Part shown: piece by piece, positions 36,487 through 45,589 of the stretch | Layout of the letters: the number at the start of each line of letters is the position of its first letter | Position numbering within the stretch: the first letter of the stretch is position 1 | Source: a virus | Lineage: Duplodnaviria; Heunggongvirae; Uroviricota; Caudoviricetes | IMG/VR virus record: IMGVR_UViG_3300017560_000307 | DNA: 64,000 bases | Strand: one strand, 5' to 3' | Notes under the pieces: model-generated | Database searches by the model: none | Told to the model about the DNA's origin: nothing | What the model saw: the letters and a program-made list of their open reading frames with translations, nothing else | Translations under genes and position numbers: made by a program

Positions 36487-37626
36487 TTGTATTCCCGACT
36501 CCAAAAAATATGCACGTGGCAGCCCGAATATTCTGCCCGCATCCTCGCTGTGAGCATGCGGTTAGTGAGCAATCGGTCTACTTGTGGTACCTCCCGTTTT
36601 TCCATTCGTCAAAGCACAGAAAGGTCACAAACCATGGCAGCTCCAAAATTCGACAAGAAGGTGAAATTCGTTGCAAGCGACTGGGATGACGATTTCGGCA
36701 GTGACTGGGACGAGGATTCCAGCCTGGTGTCGTTCCCTAATTCCCGGAATACGAGGCGGGTATCAGGTGGCACCACACTGGTGGATCCCAATGGGAATCG
36801 CCAACGCTTCAATCCCCGGACAGGTCAATACGAGATCTTGGAACCCGAGGATGAGGATCCACAGATGATGATCTTCGCCGAGGAAGAGCGCCGCCTGATT
36901 CGCCAGATCCAGCGAACGGGTGAGCGGGGCGGACTGGCCGTAGCGGCCACCAGGGACGCCTTCCGCGGTCTCTACGGCAACCAGGGGCTTGGTGGACTCC
37001 GTGCCTGGCTCGCGACGTTCTTCATGAACTTCCGGATTGTTAATCCCGCCACCAAGTCGGACATGTACCGGCTGGTTGAGGAACTGTCGGCCCTGCGGGA
37101 GAAGCGCAGCATCTACCAGGCCAACAAGACCCAGCAGGTCATTGATGTCCAGATGGCGGGCTATCGGAACGACATCGACGGCATCGACCGCCAGCATGGC
37201 CGGGTCCAGGCACTGGAGGACCTCCGGCTTGAGGTCTACGCCGCGGACCAACGAGGTGAGGTAGCCAACAAGTACGCGAACCTCGAGCACCAGCGATATA
37301 TGGAGTCGTTGCAGGCCGGATATGATCATGAAAGGCAGATGAAGCAGATGGACCACGACTTCGAGCGAGACATGACACTGGTGAAGGAACTGCGCCGGAT
37401 GAGGGCTGACAATAACAACCTGGAGATGATCAAGGGCGACATGGGCGCAAGGCAGACGGTGAAGACGATCAATACCATAATCGAGGAATTCGCCCCCTTG
37501 ATGGAGGGGAAGTCACCGGAGGATCAGGTTGCCCTGGCACCCAACTTCCTCCGCAGGGTGGAGGCAGCAGCCAAGCTGCTGGATGAGCAGATGCGCCGGC
37601 TGACGACCTATGAGGATGAAGACTAG
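36487..37626 (+). CDS. hypothetical coiled-coil protein (likely start ATG about 36634 after SD GAAAGG)
   Basis: The N-terminal 49 aa of the ORF overlap a hairpin-rich leader. The remaining 330 aa are acidic and helical. Confidence 0.45.
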   Translation: MYSRLQKICTWQPEYSARILAVSMRLVSNRSTCGTSRFSIRQSTERSQTMAAPKFDKKVKFVASDWDDDFGSDWDEDSSLVSFPNSRNTRRVSGGTTLVDPNGNRQRFNPRTGQYEILEPEDEDPQMMIFAEEERRLIRQIQRTGERGGLAVAATRDAFRGLYGNQGLGGLRAWLATFFMNFRIVNPATKSDMYRLVEELSALREKRSIYQANKTQQVIDVQMAGYRNDIDGIDRQHGRVQALEDLRLEVYAADQRGEVANKYANLEHQRYMESLQAGYDHERQMKQMDHDFERDMTLVKELRRMRADNNNLEMIKGDMGARQTVKTINTIIEEFAPLMEGKSPEDQVALAPNFLRRVEAAAKLLDEQMRRLTTYEDED

Positions 37627-37704
37627 TGAAGTGCTGACCCGGCCCGGTTGACTATCGGGCCGGGCGATCCTGACAGGCAATCCCCATAGGCAAGGAGATC
37701 ACTG

Positions 37705-39483
37705 ATGGCTATTGAAATCGGCATGAACGAGAACGAAGAGGTGGTCGAGGTTCGGGATCCCCAGTGGAGCATTCACACCATTGGTAACCCTGGAACAGGC
37801 AAGTCCTTCTTCCTTGGTGGCCTGTGCGAGCAGGCGGCGGATCAGGGGGATGGGGTACTGGTTCTCGATCTCAAGGACGGCCATCTGGCCAAAACCATTG
37901 CCTCGCGGACGAAATATCCGGAGCGGGTGGTCTATGTGGCTCCGGGACTTTCGCCCAAAGGGATGACCTGGGGAATCAACCCGTTGCATGGCAATCCAAC
38001 ACTGGTGGTCGATAACGTCCTGGAGATGTTCGATCGTACCGGGGTGTTTGTCGAGACCATGACGCAGGTGAAGCAGTACCTGACAATGGGACTCTGGCTG
38101 GCCCTGGAGGATGATGCTCCCACCCTGAAAACGGTCCTGGATATCCTGGTGCGTCCCGAGGAGCGTCGGCGATTGATCCGGCAGGCAATCGAACAGGACA
38201 CGCTCGACCCGGACATCATCTATTTCTGGACCGACTTCGAGGCGCAGAACCGGGGGGACCAGAACAATAACCGGGTCCAGCGGGATGCCGTGGCGTCGAC
38301 CGCGGTGCGGTTGCGGGAGTTCCTGATCGGGGATCCGGTTGGTGCCTGTCTCAAGCACCCTCAAAACACCTTCTTGCTGCAGGAATGGCTCGATGCCGGC
38401 AAGATCGTCATCTGCGATTTGGTCTCATCGAGAGAGGGTACCCCGCATCGGCAGTCTCGCCGGCTGGGCAATGTGATCATGGCCATGTTCGTCAATGCGG
38501 CCGCGGCCCGGATGGATGTAGGGCCTGACGATCGTTCCTGGCGCCTGCTGGCCGATGAATTCGACCAGCTGGCGTCCGAGACCTTTGTCCACTCGATCGA
38601 CAAGCTGCGGGCTGCAAAGGTCATCCCCGTCCTGGCTCACCAGAATTTCGAACAGATCGGGAATCGACGGTTGAATGCGTCTCTCTCCTCGCAACCCGCC
38701 AAGGTCTACTTCCGAATCGCGGCCGCGGACCGGGCCTCGATCATCCATCGCTTTGGGCAGGAGGAAGCCAGGGTATTGATGAACCTGCCGAACTACCACG
38801 CCAGGTTGTTGCAGCCGCCGGCCAATGAAGATACGGGTATTCGTCACGTTGTTGCGTATCTGCATAAGAAGAAGGATCCGATGGTGGAGAACCAGGGTGT
38901 GACGGTCAGGATCACGCCGCATCTGGGGGAGGTGGTGGATGGGCAGTTATCCCGGGTGATCGCCAATTCCCACCGGTATCTGGTCACCCGGCATGATTCA
39001 ATAGAAGGGTATGACTATGGCTTCCCCGACGACGATACAGCAGACGATGAAGGAGGATTCTTCCTCGACGACGAAGCGGGAGAAGAAGTCACGCCAGGGC
39101 CGCGTCGTCCTCAAGGAGGAGCTGGTGGCCAAGGTGTGGCCCTTGCAGGCGATCCGGGCCGGGGAGGATATATTGCTGGCCTTGAACAGGCACCGCTTCC
39201 TCACCAATCTCCAGATAGCGGATCTGCTGTTCCGGGGGACGATAAACAGTCACAAGAAGATCTACAGCGAAGCGGGGGCGAAGGACGCCGCCGACCTGTC
39301 GTTGAAGCGCCTGTTCGAGTCGAGGCTGATCGAGAGGATGATGGTCTTCCAGACCAGCCGGACCAGGGACAAGGCGACGGGCAAGACCACAGGAAACATC
39401 GTCCGGGCACCGGTCAACATTCTGACCAAGGAGGGGACCAGGATAGTGCGGGCAATGCTCGAGGAAAGATCCGACCTCGTTGA
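37705..39483 (+). CDS. P-loop ATPase of TraD/VirD4/FtsK-HerA type (conjugative coupling-protein-like)
   Basis: Walker A GNPGTGKS, Walker B RLLADEFDQL, AHQNFEQI motif. The acidic low-complexity tail overlaps the next gene for about 470 nt. Confidence 0.5.
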   Translation: MAIEIGMNENEEVVEVRDPQWSIHTIGNPGTGKSFFLGGLCEQAADQGDGVLVLDLKDGHLAKTIASRTKYPERVVYVAPGLSPKGMTWGINPLHGNPTLVVDNVLEMFDRTGVFVETMTQVKQYLTMGLWLALEDDAPTLKTVLDILVRPEERRRLIRQAIEQDTLDPDIIYFWTDFEAQNRGDQNNNRVQRDAVASTAVRLREFLIGDPVGACLKHPQNTFLLQEWLDAGKIVICDLVSSREGTPHRQSRRLGNVIMAMFVNAAAARMDVGPDDRSWRLLADEFDQLASETFVHSIDKLRAAKVIPVLAHQNFEQIGNRRLNASLSSQPAKVYFRIAAADRASIIHRFGQEEARVLMNLPNYHARLLQPPANEDTGIRHVVAYLHKKKDPMVENQGVTVRITPHLGEVVDGQLSRVIANSHRYLVTRHDSIEGYDYGFPDDDTADDEGGFFLDDEAGEEVTPGPRRPQGGAGGQGVALAGDPGRGGYIAGLEQAPLPHQSPDSGSAVPGDDKQSQEDLQRSGGEGRRRPVVEAPVRVEADREDDGLPDQPDQGQGDGQDHRKHRPGTGQHSDQGGDQDSAGNARGKIRPR

Positions 39484-40147
39484 TGAGATCCGGTGGACGC
39501 CGCGACTGCGTCAGTTCGCCGACCAGAGTATTGATCACCAGCTGGAGATCAACGATGCCATCATCGCGCTCATCCGGGGCACAGACAGAACCGGCGCCGC
39601 CAAGGTGCTGAACTGGTTTGACGATGACCTGCTCTCGAAGCGGACCCGGTTCAAGGGGTTTATCCCTGACGGTTTCTGCTTGGTGCAAGTGGTAACCGGG
39701 AGTGAGGATGATCCTGATGTCAGAATCTTTCCCCTGTTCCTGGAGATCGATCGCGGGACGGAGACGATCAAGAGTGGCGGTAAAGGGGGACGGGACTGGT
39801 ATTCCAAAATCCGCCGCTATGGTAACTATTTCGCCATCGAATATCCGAGAGACCCGTTCTACCTGACCCTCGGATTCACGCCGGAGGAAGTGAATTTGTT
39901 TGAAGCACCAAGGGTTTTGACGATCACAACCAATCCAAACCGGGTAGAGAAGATGATTGCGACCACGCATAAAGCCCAGGGGTCCAGCGCCTACTGGTAC
40001 GCCTCCAGGGAAGATGTGCACGACACCCCGAACGCCATCATGGGTGAGGTATGGCGGAATCCGATGTTGGCCTATCCCCACAAGAAGCGGCTCGATGTCC
40101 ATCTTCTGGGATTGCCGGAAATCGGGCCCGACTACTCCTTGTTTTGA
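39011..40147 (+). CDS. replication-relaxation family protein
   Basis: WPLQAIRAGEDILLALNRHRFLTNLQIADLLF is typical of the Replic_Relax winged-helix N-terminus. Confidence 0.5.
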   Translation: MTMASPTTIQQTMKEDSSSTTKREKKSRQGRVVLKEELVAKVWPLQAIRAGEDILLALNRHRFLTNLQIADLLFRGTINSHKKIYSEAGAKDAADLSLKRLFESRLIERMMVFQTSRTRDKATGKTTGNIVRAPVNILTKEGTRIVRAMLEERSDLVDEIRWTPRLRQFADQSIDHQLEINDAIIALIRGTDRTGAAKVLNWFDDDLLSKRTRFKGFIPDGFCLVQVVTGSEDDPDVRIFPLFLEIDRGTETIKSGGKGGRDWYSKIRRYGNYFAIEYPRDPFYLTLGFTPEEVNLFEAPRVLTITTNPNRVEKMIATTHKAQGSSAYWYASREDVHDTPNAIMGEVWRNPMLAYPHKKRLDVHLLGLPEIGPDYSLF

Positions 40148-40879
40148 ACAGGGTTCTGGTGAAGAGGGTGGATGAGAATCGAAGAGTCTTTGGTGAAGGG
40201 CGGTTCCGTTGGAGGCGTCCTTGTTTGTTGCCGTGGGCTATTGAGCCAGGGGCTCTCGGGTCAGCGTGGTCTGTCCATGCTGGATGCTGATGTGCCGTGA
40301 CCGGCTCATTCGGATGATGCCTGTGCATCATCCTCAAGCGCCTGCGTTGCTGGAGGCGTAGAGGTTTGAAGTGGCCATGAATCGGGGATCCGATGGTGAA
40401 GGTGGTTGTTATCCCGCGGGGGTGAATTGCTTTCGAGGAAGCAGGGTGGTGAGGTCGGGTTTGGGTGGAGCCGCTCCCAACCGTTGTACAGCGAGGCAGC
40501 AAAGCTACCTCTTCCGTCCGAGGTGGCGGTGGTATGTGGCCTGGGAGGTTTCCCGAGTCCTTCTTGCAATGGCGTGCTTGAATAGCACACCAAAGCAAGA
40601 CGTTGGTGGTGGAGTCGGAGCTGTTTCGCTCCCGGAGGGGGTGTGCTTCCTGCTCTCCTCATTATCCCGAATGACTCCGGCAAGCACCTCAATGTCGAGG
40701 GTTGCGATAGGTCAGGTGCGGGTGTTGGCTGGCCGTGTCTGGACATGCGACGGCTTGCTCTCCCAGATAGAGGCTGCTACATGTCATAAATAAATTATTG
40801 ATTGCTGGTCGCAAAGGATTACTTGGTGACAGGAGAGCGTGCAGAAAGCACACACAATAATCTTGGAGGATAGATCTCT

Positions 40880-41410
40880 ATGGATAGTTTATTTCAACAA
40901 TATCTGGAAGTGATAGACGAGCGTCAGATATTCCATGCAAGAGAGTTTGGGGACCGTATGGAGAAGATGGGATACGTGGTTGATTCGTTCGATCTGGAAG
41001 GTGAGCAACGAAGCTGCTTCTTTACGGATCCTGACATCTTTCGTCCAAATTCAGCGGTTGTCACTATTACGTATCCAGAGCTGCGAAGGCACAAGATCAA
41101 GCTTTTAGGTCATGGGTGTTCTATCTGTATGTCTGATATAGATGAGAAGTGTCTCGAATGTGGGGGATTGAGGGGGTATACGCCGATGGCAGATACTGGT
41201 CCTGAATATAGTCCAGAGGACCTCGTTGGTGAGTGGCCGGAGTGGCTGTGCTTCTGCCACCAGTTTATGCCATATCCAAGGATGCATTATGGCTGTGAGT
41301 TACATGAGCTAGACAAGAAAATTGCGCGTGAACTCCATGAGGAGCGTGAGAAGGTTGAAGAGCCGGCGGAAACCTGGGATACAGTTCCGTTTTCAGTCTT
41401 CCACAATTAG
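40880..41410 (+). CDS. hypothetical protein with Cys-rich zinc-ribbon-like motif
   Basis: CSICMSDIDEKCLECGG. Preceded by a conserved leader that is duplicated at 42000. Confidence 0.45.
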   Translation: MDSLFQQYLEVIDERQIFHAREFGDRMEKMGYVVDSFDLEGEQRSCFFTDPDIFRPNSAVVTITYPELRRHKIKLLGHGCSICMSDIDEKCLECGGLRGYTPMADTGPEYSPEDLVGEWPEWLCFCHQFMPYPRMHYGCELHELDKKIARELHEEREKVEEPAETWDTVPFSVFHN

Positions 41411-41423
41411 CCTGACTTGAAAG

Positions 41424-41450
41424 GGGCGCTTGCAAGGGCGTCCCTTTTTT
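41424..41450 (+). terminator. intrinsic terminator
   Basis: GGGGCGC-ttgcaagg-GCGTCCC followed by TTTTTT, directly after stop 41410. Confidence 0.55.
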
Positions 41451-41628
41451 CATAGTCGCACTACCTGCTTTAGCTGTCGCTTGGCAAGCCTGCGCTCTCG
41501 TCCCGAGTGGCTGTCTGGTCTCTCGACCTGCTGAGCCTGTGTTTTCAAGGCCCGCTGTACGGCCTTGGGCCAAGCCCAAGCCCCCCGGGGCTGGTACCTG
41601 CCGACCTTCACGGTTCGTGGTTATGCGC

Positions 41629-41656
41629 TTGACACAGGCTAATCCGCCTGTATAAA
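41629..41656 (+). promoter_or_regulatory. sigma70-type promoter TTGACA-N16-TATAAA
   Basis: GCGCTTGACACAGGCTAATCCGCCTGTATAAAGCGC. Confidence 0.4.
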
Positions 41657-42033
41657 GCGCTCCGCTGCGGTTGCTCCTGCCTTCATGGCCGATACGCGAT
41701 TGCTCATCCGCAATCGCTCCAGGGAGCGTGTGAAGTAATTGGAGATCCTGAAGGGTCGGGGTGAGTGTTAGTCGAACTGTCGAAGAGTCGAAATAATCGA
41801 TACCAGAGGGCTTGCGAGCGGGGTGTGTTCTTTCTGTTCTTCTCATGATCAGTGGTAGTCCGTTGGCAAAAATGATGGGCTGGGGCGGTCTTTACAGGGG
41901 CTAGAGCGGCGATCCGGGGGTGTCGTGGTGGTCGTTGGGTACTGCGGTTTTTGCCAACTCAGTGGAGTCGAAAAGGGGGATGGAATTAGTGAGAGGAGCA
42001 GTACAGAAAGTACACACAATCAATCCCTAGGAG

Positions 42034-42231
42034 GTGATGAACATGGATCCAAAACTTGAGACCCAGGCAGTGGCCGAGGTGGTTGAGGCCATGATGGACC
42101 TGATGAAGGAGCAGGGGTTTTTACCCGTGCCAGGTGACTACGTCGAGAAGCGTGACACATTGGGTGAGTCGCATATGATCCGATTCCAGAATGCACAACA
42201 GGTGCTGATTGTGATTACCGTGGAGACCTAA
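42034..42231 (+). CDS. hypothetical small protein
   Basis: 65 aa with SD AGGAGGTG. Confidence 0.4.
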   Translation: MMNMDPKLETQAVAEVVEAMMDLMKEQGFLPVPGDYVEKRDTLGESHMIRFQNAQQVLIVITVET

Positions 42232-42288
42232 GGAGAGGGAGAGAGGCAGCCATAAGGCACACGGCCGAGAGGCTAGATATGGGGAAAA
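42228..42288 (+). promoter_or_regulatory. conserved leader motif copy A
   Basis: GAGAGAGGCAGCCATAAGGCACAC…GGCCGAGAGGCT…ATG. Confidence 0.45.
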
Positions 42289-42591
42289 ATGACTAAAGGA
42301 ATGTCTTATATCAGTCGGGTAACTTCCGGCGACGGGAGCGTGTCGCATGCGGGTGACTGGAAGATCGTGGGGCTGACGGAAAAGACCGTCAAGCTGGAGA
42401 TGATCGTGCGACCCAAAACTATCTGGGGAGAGTATGGCTTGGCCAGAGACGCCAAGGTCGGGGATGTAGTCCTTGTGAAGCGAGACAGTAGTGGCCGCCA
42501 TGCTGTGAGAGATTGGGGTGATGGAACCTTTACCATCTACGCCAACCGGGATGGAACACCTCACTCCTTTGAGCCCATGACTTCGAACTAG
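42289..42591 (+). CDS. hypothetical protein
   Basis: 100 aa. Confidence 0.45.
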   Translation: MTKGMSYISRVTSGDGSVSHAGDWKIVGLTEKTVKLEMIVRPKTIWGEYGLARDAKVGDVVLVKRDSSGRHAVRDWGDGTFTIYANRDGTPHSFEPMTSN

Positions 42592-43043
42592 CAGGATGAA
42601 GGTAGAGAGACACCGCCCAAGTGATATGCCTAATCTGAAAGCCCTCTGGATGATTTGCCGCCCAGGGGGCTTTTCTGTGGTCAAGGTTTCTCCGCATGCG
42701 TAAAGTCGGCCTTGCGTGATCGCACAACCTCCTAAACGCCCGGAGCGGGTGGCTACCGAGCAGTCACGGCAAAGCCGCGCCTCATCGTCACGCCACCGTG
42801 AAGTCGTGGAGGAGATACCAGAGGGCTTGCGAGTGTGGGGAGTGGAGACTCCGTCGCAACCACCTGCTGGAGAGATGTAATTTTATCAGAGCAATCAAAA
42901 GCCGCTTCGCTCCTTCTTTTGACAGCTCTGCTATCTGTTCTTTTGATCCAGCAGGAGGATGCTGTCTGAATATTGGGGTGCGGGACTAAACCTATAGTGT
43001 GAAAATATGGGCAAGGCTAATGAGAGATACAAGATTTGGTGTA

Positions 43044-43072
43044 TTGACATAATAGTATAATATTGATATGAT
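43044..43072 (+). promoter_or_regulatory. sigma70-type promoter TTGACA-N17-TATGAT
   Basis: GTATTGACATAATAGTATAATATTGATATGAT. Promoter family member. Confidence 0.45.
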
Positions 43073-43123
43073 ATATATGTATCCAAAAGAGATACAGCAC
43101 ATGAACAATCGAATAGAAAAGAG

Positions 43124-43330
43124 GTGATAAGTATGAATGATAAAGAATCATTGAAGATGGAAGCCGACATCTATCAGAAGCGAATGGATGCTATTGCTGA
43201 CATGACGGTCTTCCTGACAAACGAGGGGCTGGCCATAGCCAACAGGGCTGCAGAGCTATCCCAGAGGTATGAAGAACTTCAAAAATTACGCGACGAAGTA
43301 TTAGAGAAGCTGGAAGCTCAGCCAGAATAG
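43124..43330 (+). CDS. hypothetical small protein
   Basis: 68 aa with SD GAGGTGA. Confidence 0.4.
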   Translation: MISMNDKESLKMEADIYQKRMDAIADMTVFLTNEGLAIANRAAELSQRYEELQKLRDEVLEKLEAQPE

Positions 43331-43704
43331 TGTGTTGTGGGCGAGCGGGTGGGCGCTCGTACCAGTGGCGGAAGTGCATAAGCGATACGGCCGAGAGGCT
43401 AGAACGGGGGTCTATGCAGCGAGTAAATACAGGGTTCAGAGATAAGACTGGGACTGAGGTCTTTACCGGTGACGTGCTTGAGTTTTCGATTACATGGATA
43501 AACGGCGACGGCTACCGTCATGTTCATCAAGTGGTGGAACAAGGTGAAGATTTCAGGCTTGATACAGGCTATCGAGTTGAGTTTAGAGCGGGAAACAGCG
43601 ACAGGATTACGAGAGAAAACGGTCGTTCACTGAGGTCAATGCGTATGGAGTATGGGCGAGTGATTGGGACGGCTCAAGACAATCCAGAGCTGTTGACGGC
43701 TTGA
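43330..43704 (+). CDS. hypothetical protein (likely start ATG about 43408 after leader motif copy E)
   Basis: MQRVNTGFRDKTG…. Confidence 0.45.
   Translation: MCCGRAGGRSYQWRKCISDTAERLERGSMQRVNTGFRDKTGTEVFTGDVLEFSITWINGDGYRHVHQVVEQGEDFRLDTGYRVEFRAGNSDRITRENGRSLRSMRMEYGRVIGTAQDNPELLTA
43375..43407 (+). promoter_or_regulatory. conserved leader motif copy E (partial)
   Basis: GATACGGCCGAGAGGCTAGAACGGGGG, nearly identical to the 3-prime part of copy A. Confidence 0.35.
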
Positions 43705-43705
43705 G

Positions 43706-43760
43706 AGGAGGAGAGAGACAGCCATAAGGCACATACCCATATGGGTAGAAACGGAGGCGC
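43706..43760 (+). promoter_or_regulatory. conserved leader motif copy B
   Basis: GAGAGAGACAGCCATAAGGCACATACCCATATGGGTAGAAACGGAGGCGC then ATG. Confidence 0.45.
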
Positions 43761-44150
43761 ATGCAATTCAGTAAGGACGAACTAGAAACCATCCTGAATG
43801 CTCTCAAATACACATACGAGGGCATAGACGGGGACATGGGCGCAATGGGCGACAAGGAGGCTAATGCCGAGCTTGGGAAGCTTGACTGGCTTATCAAGAA
43901 TATCGAGGCCGGCGATGAATCTATTCCCGACTTCAGTGGATTATTTGAGCAGAACCCAGCGACATTTATTACATGGCTGATGGAGGAATTCCGTAGCGGA
44001 GATGAGAGCTGGCAGCACCATTTATCTGAAGACGACCGCCTTGAGCTGTTCGTCTCTATGCCAACAGGGGCCAGCGACCTCACTTATAAGCTGTTCCAAG
44101 AGGTCTGCGACAACTATGGGGAGAGTCTGACTGACGTACTGAATCGGTAG
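43761..44150 (+). CDS. hypothetical acidic protein
   Basis: 129 aa. Confidence 0.45.
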   Translation: MQFSKDELETILNALKYTYEGIDGDMGAMGDKEANAELGKLDWLIKNIEAGDESIPDFSGLFEQNPATFITWLMEEFRSGDESWQHHLSEDDRLELFVSMPTGASDLTYKLFQEVCDNYGESLTDVLNR

Positions 44151-44152
44151 AG

Positions 44153-44209
44153 CAGGAGAGGAGAGAGATAGGAAAAGCCATATGCCCTCAGGGGCAGAAA
44201 CGGAGTTGC
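44153..44209 (+). promoter_or_regulatory. conserved leader motif copy C
   Basis: GAGAGAGATAGGAAAAGCCATATGCCCTCAGGGGCAGAAACGGAGTTGC then ATG. Confidence 0.45.
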
Positions 44210-44536
44210 ATGAAACATTACCTAGCAGACTTCATTTGCCAGGACGGAGCCCACCAGCATAGCTACCAAGCTCTTATCCGGGCCTATGACATGGAGCAAG
44301 CCAAAACCATTGCCCAGTCCCACGAATACGACTGTGGTGATGATGACGGCCATGACTGGGACTACAGTGACAACCTTCCTCTTACGGCCTTTGGAGACGG
44401 ATTGACAGCCTGCCGGCTACGAGATGTCTCCGAGATAGATGTTACCGCCTATGATGCCTTGAAAGCGCTGGGCGTGGTCACAGAGATTGACCTGGTTGTG
44501 AGAGTCGCCATTCCAGAAAAACATACGAATGTCTAG
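44210..44536 (+). CDS. hypothetical protein
   Basis: 108 aa. Confidence 0.45.
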   Translation: MKHYLADFICQDGAHQHSYQALIRAYDMEQAKTIAQSHEYDCGDDDGHDWDYSDNLPLTAFGDGLTACRLRDVSEIDVTAYDALKALGVVTEIDLVVRVAIPEKHTNV

Positions 44537-44563
44537 GTGTTTAGATTTTTAGATGTCTGGATG
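44526..44563. promoter_or_regulatory. operator-like ACATC/GATGT repeats
   Basis: GAATGTCTAGGTGTTTAGATTTTTAGATGTCTGGATGG. Confidence 0.4.
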
Positions 44564-44564
44564 G

Positions 44565-44626
44565 GTAAGGAGGAGGGGAGAGCGGTTCAAAAGAGATATG
44601 CCTGAATTGGGCAGAAATGGAGATGA
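44565..44626 (+). promoter_or_regulatory. conserved leader motif copy D
   Basis: GGGGAGAGCGG…GATATGCCTGAATTGGGCAGAAATGGAG then ATG. Confidence 0.4.
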
Positions 44627-44932
44627 ATGTTATTTGACACCAGTAAATTGAGTCCGATGAGTCGGGGACGGGTGGAGAAACATCTGAAGGGGCTTATCAG
44701 GTATCAGGGCACCGTCATGACGAATCAGAATATGTATTCACTCTTCTTAGCCGTTGCCAAGTGTCACAGTGTTAATACAGAAGAGATAGATATTCTTTCC
44801 TACGGTCTCAGCACAGGACGGACGGAAACCAAAGAGACACACTTCTATAATCTTGTCTCCGAGGATGGCTTCCTCCTAGAGATTCCTAAGATGCTCTATG
44901 ACGTTTGCACACTATCCGAAGAGTCAGCATAG
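44627..44932 (+). CDS. hypothetical protein
   Basis: 101 aa. Confidence 0.45.
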   Translation: MLFDTSKLSPMSRGRVEKHLKGLIRYQGTVMTNQNMYSLFLAVAKCHSVNTEEIDILSYGLSTGRTETKETHFYNLVSEDGFLLEIPKMLYDVCTLSEESA

Positions 44933-44991
44933 AACGAAAGCCTCCCGACCCGTACCCACGGCGACGGAGGCTTTCACAGTAAAGGGGGATT

Positions 44992-45339
44992 ATGCACGGA
45001 ACAATCAACGTTGCGGCCATCATGGCCAAGCACCAGGCTACAGCACCACTAGCCCCACCCACCACCCCACGAGATGCAGAACACCGCCAGGACTGGCTTG
45101 ATCGCCTGCATATGGGCAGCTTGCAAATGGCCTACGCGCAATATGGCGCTGCCGAAACCGACGAAGCAAAAGATGAAGTCAGGAAACTATGGGGAGAGAT
45201 CCTCACCGAGGCTCTTGAGCGGCGGGGAAGGCACTACAAATGGTTGAAGAAGGTGTATCTGCCTAGAGTGAGGGCGTGGCAGACACGGATGGAGACGAAG
45301 GCGAGGGCGGAAGCAGCAGGTGATGAATTTGTGTATTGA
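44992..45339 (+). CDS. hypothetical protein
   Basis: 115 aa. Confidence 0.45.
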   Translation: MHGTINVAAIMAKHQATAPLAPPTTPRDAEHRQDWLDRLHMGSLQMAYAQYGAAETDEAKDEVRKLWGEILTEALERRGRHYKWLKKVYLPRVRAWQTRMETKARAEAAGDEFVY

Positions 45340-45345
45340 CATAAT

Positions 45346-45375
45346 AATATAATAGTAATAATATAGATGTATAAC
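45346..45375 (+). promoter_or_regulatory. sigma70-type promoter TTGACA-N18-TATAAC
   Basis: GTGTATTGACATAATAATATAATAGTAATAATATAGATGTATAACC. Confidence 0.4.
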
Positions 45376-45394
45376 CAATAAGGGGGATAATTAC

Positions 45395-45589
45395 ATGGCA
45401 GCAAATGAGGCACAACGCATCAGAAATACCAGGGCGCATCAGCTGGCCTGGGTCGCCCAAACAGCCCTGGAGAAGCTGCAGGCGCTCACCGGTAACGACT
45501 ACGTCGACACGGTCAATAAGATGGAAGACATTCTCCAGCAGACCCAGAACGCACCTATGGTGCGCAAGGTTAGAGTGGGGGAAGCATGA
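45395..45589 (+). CDS. hypothetical small protein
   Basis: 64 aa. Confidence 0.4.
   Translation: MAANEAQRIRNTRAHQLAWVAQTALEKLQALTGNDYVDTVNKMEDILQQTQNAPMVRKVRVGEA

Noticed and set aside
40038-40793. Overlapping ORFs 40038-40598(-), 40306-40746(-), 40371-40793(+), 40051-40290(+)
   Set aside because: They are mutually exclusive, sit in GC-rich sequence, have low-complexity translations (Pro/Arg/Gly-rich) and lack RBS. They are likely non-coding.
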